In this document: piece by piece, positions 53,965 to 62,205 of the stretch
Position numbering within the stretch: the first letter of the stretch is position 1
Layout: the number at the start of each line of letters is the position of its first letter
NCBI GenBank assembly: GCA_902791935.1
Contig: CADAXQ010000001.1
Location: forward strand, 41,561-105,560
DNA: 64,000 nucleotides
From: an uncultured Erysipelotrichaceae bacterium
GTDB taxonomy: Bacteria > Bacillota_I > Bacilli_A > RFN20 > CAG-826
Direction: 5' to 3'
The notes under the pieces: model-generated
The model's input: only the letters and a program-made list of their open reading frames with translations
Database searches by the model: none
What the model was told of the DNA's origin: nothing
Made by a program: the position numbers and the translations under genes

Positions 53965-55386
53965 TTATTTGCTTTCCTTTTTCGGAGCCGCTTTCTTGGC
54001 AGGAGCTTTCTTCTCCGCTTTCGGGGCTTCGGCCTCTTCGGCTTTTGGAGCAGCTTTTTCTGCCTTCGGAGCAGCTTTCGCGGCTTTCGGAGCGGCTTTC
54101 TTCGCAGAAGCCATCACGAAGTCACGGACTTTGCGGTCAGCAAGCTGATTCTTGAAGTCGTCCATGTTCTTTTCGAGAATCGAACGGACTTCTTCTTCCT
54201 TCATCTTGTATTGTTCGGCCATCTTCTTGATTTCGGCATCGACATCCGCATCGGTGACATCGAGTTTTTCTTGGACGCCGATTTCGTGAAGTGCCAAGAA
54301 CTCTTTGAGGTTGTTCTCCGCATTCGCGAGATAAGTCTTTTGCAAATCTTCGGCTTTCGTCCCAGTGATATCGAGATATTGTTCGAATGTTAAGCCATTT
54401 TGCTCAATTTGCTTCTTGAGGTTGTCTTCCATTTGCTTCGCTTCGTTTTGGATGATGGATTCATCGATTACGAACGAGGCGTTCTTGACGATTTGGGCCA
54501 CCAAAGTGTTATAGAAGGCATTTTCGGCTTGTTGCACTTTTTGTGAAAGCAACGTCTTCTTTTCGTAGTCTTGGAGTTCGGCGACGGTCGAGACGTCTTT
54601 GATGTTCAAATCTTTGACGGCTTCGTCATTGAGTTCGGGGATTTGTTTTTCCTTCACTTCGTGCATCGCGACTTTGAACGTGGCTTCTTTGCCGGCGAGT
54701 TCTTTCACATAGTTCGTCGGGAACGTGACTTTGATTTCTTTCTTGTCGCCATCTTTCATGCCGACGAGTTGTTCTTCGAAGCCCGGGATGAATTGATGTG
54801 AGCCAAGTTCTAAGCTGTAGTTATTCGCTTGTCCGCCTTCAAATGCCTTAAGTTTGCCTTCGGCATCGGGGAGATAACCATCGAAATCAATCACGACGGT
54901 GTCGCCGAGTTTGGCTGGACGTTCGGCCAAAACGAGTTCGGCATTGCCTTTTAACAATTGATCAATCGCGTCTTTCACTTCGTTATCGGTGACAGACGGC
55001 GCTTCTTCGGTCGCTTCTAAGCCTTTGTATTCGCCAAGTTTCACTTCTGGCACGAGCACCATGGTATAGACCAATTCAAGCTCGTCTTTGCTTAATTTCG
55101 TCACATTGACTTGTGGACGATACATCGGCGAAAGCTTTTCTTCGGTGATGACTTGGGCGAAGACGGGATTCAATACTTCTTCAATCGCTTCGTTCCAAAG
55201 CGCTTCTTGGTTGATGCGTTCGGCCACGAGTTGACGTGGGGCTTTTCCTGGACGGAAGCCTGGCACGTTCACATGGGCGGCTGCCTTGTTGAACGCTTTT
55301 TCTTGCGCAGCGTTCCAAAGGTCTTTGTCGACATCCACGACGACTTTGGCGCGGCTGGGCGTAATTTTTTCTACTGTGTGTTTCAT
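53965..55386 (-). CDS. tig: trigger factor with a Lys/Ala/Pro-rich repetitive C-terminal tail
   Basis: N-terminal ribosome-binding motif GFRPGKAP, an FKBP PPIase domain, and a C-terminal arm domain. The extra tail is AKKAAPKAAKAAPKAEKAAPKAEEAEAPKAEKKAPAKKAAPKKESK. Confidence 0.95.
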   Translation of the reverse strand: MKHTVEKITPSRAKVVVDVDKDLWNAAQEKAFNKAAAHVNVPGFRPGKAPRQLVAERINQEALWNEAIEEVLNPVFAQVITEEKLSPMYRPQVNVTKLSKDELELVYTMVLVPEVKLGEYKGLEATEEAPSVTDNEVKDAIDQLLKGNAELVLAERPAKLGDTVVIDFDGYLPDAEGKLKAFEGGQANNYSLELGSHQFIPGFEEQLVGMKDGDKKEIKVTFPTNYVKELAGKEATFKVAMHEVKEKQIPELNDEAVKDLNIKDVSTVAELQDYEKKTLLSQKVQQAENAFYNTLVAQIVKNASFVIDESIIQNEAKQMEDNLKKQIEQNGLTFEQYLDITGTKAEDLQKTYLANAENNLKEFLALHEIGVQEKLDVTDADVDAEIKKMAEQYKMKEEEVRSILEKNMDDFKNQLADRKVRDFVMASAKKAAPKAAKAAPKAEKAAPKAEEAEAPKAEKKAPAKKAAPKKESK

Positions 55387-55488
55387 AACTTCGTTACCCT
55401 CAATTTCCGTAACGGGTATAAATATACCCTATCTCTGCTTGCTTTCCAAACGAAAATCGCGGAAAAACAGCAAAAAACGCCCCTTTGG

Positions 55489-56424
55489 TTATACTTTGAG
55501 GCGTTCGGCGGCATTTAAGACGGCTTCGACTTGGGATTTTGCCATTTTTGCTTCGGGATAAGAAAGCCCGAGTTTCTTCGCTTCCTCTTCCTCATTCCAA
55601 GCCGATCTTAGATAAGTATGGGCCAACGTTTCAAAGACCCATAAATACAACGATTCATCCGCTACGTCTTTTAAAAACGAATCCGGGAATAGCTCAAAGA
55701 AATAATTATTGGCCAAATCATGCGCGACCCCCGCCAAAGAAGGATCTTTTAACGTTTGGTCTAAGCGGGTCAAGAAATGACGATAAGCCGATTCTTCATA
55801 AGGCGGCACGACTTCTTTCGGAACAAGGCGATAGACTTTGCCATTCTTCATGAATGTGACGTTTTGGTCATACTTGGCCTTGCAAAGCAAAATCAACGCA
55901 TAGGTTTTGACGAGATTCGAAGGTGAAGTCTCTAGCAATTTCGCTAGCGTTTTGGCATAGCGAAGCGTGTCGGCATCTTGGAAATTGGCAAGATAAGATA
56001 ACGCTTCATAAGGATCTTTCGGATGTAATAACTTCTCTTCGACTTCTTCAGGAGAGGAAATCGCCGGACGAAGACTGGCCCGTTCTGCCGTGCGAATCCG
56101 TAACGGAAGCGCCCGTAATTGTTCTTCGACTTCTTGTGAGACGTAAGGATAATTCTCAAATACCGCCATATCATCGTAGGCTTCATCGAATTCTTCTAAG
56201 GCAAAACGGAGCTCAAAGTTCGTCTTTAACGTCAATAAAGGATTGGTTTGAAATAAAGAATCGCGATAACGAAGGCAAAGCTGCATGGCCTCTTTGCCGC
56301 GATTTAAAGCCAGTAAGGCGGCGATGCGATAAAAAAGATCATTCGGTGCCGTCTTGCCTTCACTTTCTTTCAAGACGGCATCATACTGTCCTTTTGCCAT
56401 TGCGTCTTGGTAATTCCATGCCAT
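55489..56424 (-). CDS. hypothetical helical-repeat (TPR-like) protein in the position of B. subtilis ysoA upstream of tig
   Basis: 311 aa, predicted all-helical with repeat-like N-terminal segments. The call rests on position only. Confidence 0.55.
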   Translation of the reverse strand: MAWNYQDAMAKGQYDAVLKESEGKTAPNDLFYRIAALLALNRGKEAMQLCLRYRDSLFQTNPLLTLKTNFELRFALEEFDEAYDDMAVFENYPYVSQEVEEQLRALPLRIRTAERASLRPAISSPEEVEEKLLHPKDPYEALSYLANFQDADTLRYAKTLAKLLETSPSNLVKTYALILLCKAKYDQNVTFMKNGKVYRLVPKEVVPPYEESAYRHFLTRLDQTLKDPSLAGVAHDLANNYFFELFPDSFLKDVADESLYLWVFETLAHTYLRSAWNEEEEAKKLGLSYPEAKMAKSQVEAVLNAAERLKV

Positions 56425-56504
56425 ACGGCAATTTTAGCCGAAAGCGTAGGAGAAAGGAATGCGTGACGTTCCTTTTTCTAAGAAAAAACGCTAGAATGAG
56501 AACG

Positions 56505-57245
56505 ATGAAAACGAAGGTTTTGCCTCTTTTAGGAATCGTTCTCTTCTTAAGCGCTTGCTCGACTTCTTCCTCCCCTGAGGTCAGTCGCGACGCTGCGCTT
56601 TCGCTATTAAAACGCTTTGACCTGGAGATTAATTACACACCGTCGCGCATTCCGCCCGTTCGTTATGCGTTACAAGAAAAGATGTCGACCTATGTAGAAG
56701 ATGACGCCTACACGATTGAAGATGTTCAAATCGACCGTGAACTTGACCGGGAGAACCATTATTGCTACGCCAAAATCCAAGGCACGAAAGAAGGCCATCC
56801 CTATATTCATGAAAGCTGGACTTATATCTCGATCGACAAAAACATCACCTGCCATTATTGGAATGGTTACGAAAACGGGAAATGGATCAAAGAACGTTAC
56901 CGCTTAGAAGTGAAGAAAAACGAAGAAAGTTGGGAAAATACCGCTTCGGAAGAAATCAAAGAGATGAACCGTCTTTATGGTCAAATGGCCTTGACATTCT
57001 ATCAATATCTGCTGGATATGAAGGGCGAAACGAACGGGGAATACCATTCGAATGATGGGACGTCTTTGACGTTTGTTTCCGAAGACGATTCCTATCGTTA
57101 TGAAGGGGAATTCCAAAATAACCTCTATCAATCAGGGGCTCGTATCAACAAAGAGACAGGCATGTATTATCAATCGAAGGTTTCCTGGAATCATTGCGAT
57201 ATCTCAATGCCAAGTCTTGATTATTTCCCGTTACGAACCGAATGA
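56505..57245 (+). CDS. hypothetical lipoprotein (246 aa)
   Basis: MKTKVLPLLGIVLFLSACSTSSS carries a lipobox (LSA|C). The first 190 codons of the ORF-track form (55923..) are antisense to the neighbouring gene. An alternative start lies at 56496. Confidence 0.75.
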   Translation: MKTKVLPLLGIVLFLSACSTSSSPEVSRDAALSLLKRFDLEINYTPSRIPPVRYALQEKMSTYVEDDAYTIEDVQIDRELDRENHYCYAKIQGTKEGHPYIHESWTYISIDKNITCHYWNGYENGKWIKERYRLEVKKNEESWENTASEEIKEMNRLYGQMALTFYQYLLDMKGETNGEYHSNDGTSLTFVSEDDSYRYEGEFQNNLYQSGARINKETGMYYQSKVSWNHCDISMPSLDYFPLRTE

Positions 57246-57272
57246 AAAACGGCCGTTTATCGGCCGTTTTGC
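57246..57272. terminator. bidirectional terminator between convergent genes
   Basis: AAAACGGCCG-TTTAT-CGGCCGTTTT is a perfect 10-bp stem with A/T runs on both sides. Confidence 0.8.
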
Positions 57273-59624
57273 TTACTTCACGTTTTGATCTACCCGCCAA
57301 AGTTCAAAGAAACCACGGAAGGGATGGCCGTTTGCTTGAAGAAGGATGGCTTCCATCACATGCATCCGTAGGTTACCACATTCTTTCATGACGCGAAGGC
57401 TTGCTCCGATGGAAGAAGCGATGGCCATCTTGTAGCCGGCATTTTCTTTCCCGCCTGGCGCGTGACGATAAATCTTCCAGATGGCTTGCTCAGCACCTTT
57501 TTTCACGACGCGGCCAAGCCAAGAATGTTTTGCCACGTCGCGTAAGCAATCATTCATTGTGTAAGTGCCTTTTTGATGCGGCTTTGGCTCTACTATCTTT
57601 CGCCCCGTTAAGGCTTCAAAATCTTCAACACTCGGAACATGGTCTAACGTGTGATACACCTTCGGTGCGTTATCTTGAACTGTCACACCATCGATATGTT
57701 CCTCCAGTCGTAATGGCAAGTCACGGCTAGAAGGACCGGAGCAGTAGACATAATCCCCGCTCACGACTTGGAAACGACCGTCATGCCAAATGGAGAAAAA
57801 CGAATCCTCTATCTTAAAACGAACCTCTTTCCGTTCGTTTGGGCCAAAGCATACCTTTTGAAAACCTACCAAATTCCGTAGCGGTCTATACACCTCTCCG
57901 GGATTTTGGGGGTTTTCCACATAGAGTTCTATGACTTCTTTGCCAGGAACATTCGATGTGTTCTCGACTTCTACGACAATCGTATCGTTTTCTTTTCGGA
58001 TGTTTCGATAAGCAAAGGACGAATAACTAAGGCCATAACCAAAGGGATAGGCAACATCTTTCTGCCGTTTGTCATAGTCACGATAACCGACATAGACACT
58101 CTCAAGATAAGGTACGAATTTCTTTCCAAACGTCGCTTCGCTTAAGCTATCTTCTCCGAATGGCCACGTGCAGGCGGTTTTGCCGCACGGATTGGCTTTA
58201 CCAAGCAACAAACGATCCACCGCTTCTCCTACGCCTTCTCCTCCTAATCCTAGAGAGAGGATAGCCGACACTTGATCCCGAAAGGGAAGTAACACAGGAG
58301 AACCCGTCATCAACAAGACAATGACGTCTTTCTCGGCGTGACATAAGGCGTCAAGCACTTGTCTCTCTCCTTCCGGAAGCGATAAAGAATCGCGGTCAAA
58401 GCCTTCGGATTCTGCGTCGTCTGCTAAACCGGCAAAGAAAAGAACGGTCTTTTTCTCTTTCGTTATTTCTAATGCTTTCTGGATTCGTTCTTGACTTGTA
58501 CTCCCGTTCCCGAGATACCCCTCTGCATAAGGAAGCTCTGGATGTAACGATAAGAACGAAACGAGATGTTTGGGATTTAAGTGACTCGAACCACCGCCTT
58601 GATAATGCGGCTCTTTCGCGAGTCTTCCGACCACCGCCACGTCTTGATAATCAGCAAGTGGCAATACGCCATCGTTTTTGAGTAAGACAGCCGACTCACA
58701 TTCCGTGGTGACGGCAATCTGATGATGGGCGTCAAAGTCACAAGAATAGGATTCTTTCAGGATATTTTGTGTTTTTGAGGTAAAAGAGAGAAGGCGGGTT
58801 ACGCTTTCGTCAATCACTTTCTCGTCTAGCGTGCCTTCTTGAATGGCTTTCAAGACGGCTTTCTCTCCATAGGCAGCGTTCCCCGGCATCGCTAAATCAA
58901 GGCCAGCTTCATAGGCTTTCACACGGTCGTTGAGTCCGCCCCAATCCGACATGGCAATCCCGTCAAAGCCCCATTCGTTACGTAATGTATCGCGTAATAA
59001 CGTCTTGTTGTCGCTGGAGAAAACCCCATTGACTTGGTTATAGCTCGACATGATGCCTTGAGGTTTTGCTTCTTTGACCACGATTTCAAATGGTTTGAGA
59101 TAGAGCTCATGTAGTGCCCGTTCATCGACTTCGGCATCCATGACGAAACGGTAATTTTCTTGCGAGTTGACGCAGAAATGTTTCACGCATGCGCCAACAC
59201 CAGTACTTTGGATGCCCCTCGTGTAGGATGCCGCTATCTTGCCAGCTAGCAAAGGATCTTCGCTAAAATACTCAAAACTCCGTCCGCCTCTAGGATTGCG
59301 GATCAAATTCACGCCTGGACCTAGCACCATAGAGACATGAAAATGTTTTGCTTCCTCACCTAAGGCTTGCCCTTGTAAGAAGGCAAGCTCAGGGTCAAAC
59401 GAGCAAGCCAAGGCAGAAGAAAATGGGAATGCCGTTGAAGGGTAAGAAACATTCACATTCGACGCTTGGGACACATCTTGTTTCCGAATGCCACATGGCC
59501 CATCACTCGTAATCAAGATGGGTAACGGATGTTTCTTGAACGTCTTGGATTCGTACATGTTACGCCCGCTACCAAGCGCGATCTTCTCTTTTAAGGATAA
59601 AGATGATAGAAATTCTGACATCAT
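57273..59624 (-). CDS. glycoside hydrolase family 3 beta-glucosidase
   Basis: GH3 motifs (KHFxxNxQExxR, GIAMSDWGG with the nucleophile Asp), C-terminal Fn3-like domain, 783 aa. Confidence 0.9.
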   Translation of the reverse strand: MMSEFLSSLSLKEKIALGSGRNMYESKTFKKHPLPILITSDGPCGIRKQDVSQASNVNVSYPSTAFPFSSALACSFDPELAFLQGQALGEEAKHFHVSMVLGPGVNLIRNPRGGRSFEYFSEDPLLAGKIAASYTRGIQSTGVGACVKHFCVNSQENYRFVMDAEVDERALHELYLKPFEIVVKEAKPQGIMSSYNQVNGVFSSDNKTLLRDTLRNEWGFDGIAMSDWGGLNDRVKAYEAGLDLAMPGNAAYGEKAVLKAIQEGTLDEKVIDESVTRLLSFTSKTQNILKESYSCDFDAHHQIAVTTECESAVLLKNDGVLPLADYQDVAVVGRLAKEPHYQGGGSSHLNPKHLVSFLSLHPELPYAEGYLGNGSTSQERIQKALEITKEKKTVLFFAGLADDAESEGFDRDSLSLPEGERQVLDALCHAEKDVIVLLMTGSPVLLPFRDQVSAILSLGLGGEGVGEAVDRLLLGKANPCGKTACTWPFGEDSLSEATFGKKFVPYLESVYVGYRDYDKRQKDVAYPFGYGLSYSSFAYRNIRKENDTIVVEVENTSNVPGKEVIELYVENPQNPGEVYRPLRNLVGFQKVCFGPNERKEVRFKIEDSFFSIWHDGRFQVVSGDYVYCSGPSSRDLPLRLEEHIDGVTVQDNAPKVYHTLDHVPSVEDFEALTGRKIVEPKPHQKGTYTMNDCLRDVAKHSWLGRVVKKGAEQAIWKIYRHAPGGKENAGYKMAIASSIGASLRVMKECGNLRMHVMEAILLQANGHPFRGFFELWRVDQNVK

Positions 59625-62204
59625 TTACTCCTCCTCTTGTAACGGGCGTTCAAACACATAATGCCCAGGCTCTAAAAGCAACGATTCCTCATGGAAAATA
59701 AACGTTGCTTTCGTGTTCGAAGGAACATCGATGACGAAAGAAACCTTCTCTCCGTCCTTTTGCCAAGACAACGCCACGTTGCCATAGATGCTTTGATAGG
59801 TGGCCGACACGGCATTCTCTTTGCTAAGCATCGAAAGAATCGGCTTTAACACGAATTCATTCTCTTGCTTGATTTGAATGCCTGCCATACCATCAAACAA
59901 CCATTCGACCATCGCCCCTTTGGAATAATGGTTCAAAGAAGCAATACCTGCTTGGCTATTAGGGCCTTCCCAACCTTCCCACACAGTGCCGGTATTATGG
60001 ATGGCCATATATAACCAACCCGGTTCTTTCTCATTTTCTAGCAAACGATAAGCGTAATCGGGGTCAATGCCGGAAAGCACATAGAGGATGAACGGAGTCG
60101 ATAAGAAGCCGGTTCCGACTCGCCAGTCATAATGGTCCAGCGCTTCGACTAAACGTTTTTTAGCGTATGCTTCTTCGCCTGGTTCTAACAAATGTAGATA
60201 TAATGGGCGAACTAAATTCGCTTGTCTGTCGGTATCTAACGGATAGGCTTTCGTTTTCCGTAACGCTTGATAGGCACGTTTTGTGCCTTCTTCAAACCGC
60301 TTTACCTGATCTAAGAAAGGATCTTCGGGTAAACCTAAAATCTCAGCAATCTTTAATACTAACGACAACATCCAGCACGTATAGGCCGTCGAAACTTCGG
60401 GGTGCGGTGAAGCAAAGTCATACCAATGGAATTCGCAAACATCCTTCGGTTCAGCCCATTCGCCATACGATTGGCCCCAATTCACGAGGTAACGACGATT
60501 CTTGCCATGGAGATGCGTATATTTCGAATAGGGTGCCCCGACTTTGCCACACCGGCTCATCAAGAAGCGCGTATAACGGACGATATTGGGCCAATATTTC
60601 TTGAGTAACCGATCATCGCCATACTGCCGATAGAATCGGTATGGTGTTAAGATGCCGACATCAGCCCAGCCACTGCTGCCATCCATCGGACTCATGTACC
60701 AGTCCTGGGCGCTATAGGGCGCAATCTGCGGCAATTTGCCCGACCGGGTTTGCTCGTCAAAGACGTCTTGCAGGTGTTTCTTCGTGAAGGCGGCATAGTC
60801 ACAAAGGTAGCTTGCCGTCTTAAAGAATACCTGACTATCGCCCGTCCAGCCCATCCGTTCACGAGTCGGGCAATCGGTAGGAATGTCTAACGAATTCGAC
60901 AACAAACTATTTCGGGTGTTTTGGACAAACGTGTTAATCAAAGGATTGTCGCATTCAAATGTCGAGACGGAAGCAATGTTGCTATGTAACGAAATCTGAT
61001 GAATGTTTTCTTTCTTAAGTGGCAACGCCGTCTTGATTTCGGCATATTGGAAGCCCCCGAAATAGAAGAGAGGCCGATATTCGTTTTTTCCTGGTTTTAA
61101 GGCCAGGTGCAACTCTTGTAATGGGGATTTCTTGCCGTGATAGACGCATTGCACATTTTTCAAGGTAACGTGACCGTTCGAATCTAAGATCTCGCCCATC
61201 CGAACATCGACGGTTTCGTTTCCTTTCGCTTCGAGAGATAACGAAATATATCCGGTCGTGTTCTTCTTAAATTTCACGACATAATCGCCTTTTTCGATCT
61301 CTTGGATTTCTAATGGTTCTCCTTCATCAATTTCGATGGGGCGAACGTTTTCCCAAGCGGAGAAGCAAGGTTCAAGATAAGAACATACCTTGGCTTTCTT
61401 TTGGAACGAAGGCGTGAAACGAAGGTCAACGACTTCTCCGTCTTTTAAGTCATTGAACCGAATGGGACCATCATTAGACCAATCCCAAGAATCGTCGGTC
61501 AGAACTTCTTCTTTTCCTGCCGAGGTCTCATATTCAAGTTGCCCATAGACACGCGTCTCTTTGCCAAAGACGTTCCGCCTTCCTTTGGCCCCGATACTGC
61601 CGCGATACCAACCATCGCCCAAAATGAAGACAAGTTCGTTCTCTCCCACTTTTAAGTCCGCTTTTACGTCATAGACGGCATAAGGCATCCGTTTATGATA
61701 TTCGGCGCTGCCAGGAAGCAAGGGATCGCTGATGCGTTTACCATTCAAATAGACGGAAAGCACACCACACGCACTCACGTAAAGATAGGCTTTCTTAGGA
61801 ATTTCAGGAACGTCAAAGACTTTCCGGAAATAATCGGCAGGATAACGTTCTTTTTTGCTCACATGGTAGTTACCGCTGATCCACTTCGCATGGAAATCGT
61901 CGGGATGAAGCAAACCGATTGTGAAACCATGGGTTTCACTTTCTTTGCCCCATTCCCCTTTTTCGTCGCGTAACGTTAACGTAAACGACACCTCGTCGCG
62001 GGAGAATAACGTCTCCGGGAAATCAAGATGCATCGAAGAGGTCTCTACTTCTATCGTCTTTTTCTCTCCCCCGTTCTTAGCATAGGTCAGGCGATAAGCC
62101 GTCTGCGCTTTGCCTCCCACATCCGCCCAAGTAATCCGGGGCGAACGTTCTTCAATACCTAAGGGATGATCGAGATATTCTGTCCGAATCGTAATGGCTT
62201 CCAT
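59625..62204 (-). CDS. glycoside hydrolase family 78 alpha-L-rhamnosidase
   Basis: The N-terminus LDHPLGIEERSPRITW and the catalytic-domain block DCPTRERMGWTGD are typical of GH78. 859 aa. Its stop directly abuts the GH3 start. Confidence 0.9.
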   Translation of the reverse strand: MEAITIRTEYLDHPLGIEERSPRITWADVGGKAQTAYRLTYAKNGGEKKTIEVETSSMHLDFPETLFSRDEVSFTLTLRDEKGEWGKESETHGFTIGLLHPDDFHAKWISGNYHVSKKERYPADYFRKVFDVPEIPKKAYLYVSACGVLSVYLNGKRISDPLLPGSAEYHKRMPYAVYDVKADLKVGENELVFILGDGWYRGSIGAKGRRNVFGKETRVYGQLEYETSAGKEEVLTDDSWDWSNDGPIRFNDLKDGEVVDLRFTPSFQKKAKVCSYLEPCFSAWENVRPIEIDEGEPLEIQEIEKGDYVVKFKKNTTGYISLSLEAKGNETVDVRMGEILDSNGHVTLKNVQCVYHGKKSPLQELHLALKPGKNEYRPLFYFGGFQYAEIKTALPLKKENIHQISLHSNIASVSTFECDNPLINTFVQNTRNSLLSNSLDIPTDCPTRERMGWTGDSQVFFKTASYLCDYAAFTKKHLQDVFDEQTRSGKLPQIAPYSAQDWYMSPMDGSSGWADVGILTPYRFYRQYGDDRLLKKYWPNIVRYTRFLMSRCGKVGAPYSKYTHLHGKNRRYLVNWGQSYGEWAEPKDVCEFHWYDFASPHPEVSTAYTCWMLSLVLKIAEILGLPEDPFLDQVKRFEEGTKRAYQALRKTKAYPLDTDRQANLVRPLYLHLLEPGEEAYAKKRLVEALDHYDWRVGTGFLSTPFILYVLSGIDPDYAYRLLENEKEPGWLYMAIHNTGTVWEGWEGPNSQAGIASLNHYSKGAMVEWLFDGMAGIQIKQENEFVLKPILSMLSKENAVSATYQSIYGNVALSWQKDGEKVSFVIDVPSNTKATFIFHEESLLLEPGHYVFERPLQEEE

Positions 62205-62205
62205 C

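Noticed and set aside
53900-54155. Plus-strand ORFs with AFGAA repeats (53900..54148, 53907..54155) and the repeat DNA as a possible CRISPR or tandem-repeat locus
   Set aside because: They are the antisense of the Ala/Lys/Pro repeat tail of trigger factor. The repeats are short, imperfect and coding, with no spacer/repeat architecture and no cas genes.
55923-56495. N-terminal 190 codons of the 440-aa plus-strand ORF 55923..57245
   Set aside because: This part is antisense to the well-supported minus-strand gene 55489..56424 and has an Arg/Ser/Leu-rich junk composition. The real protein starts at the lipoprotein signal peptide (56496/56505).
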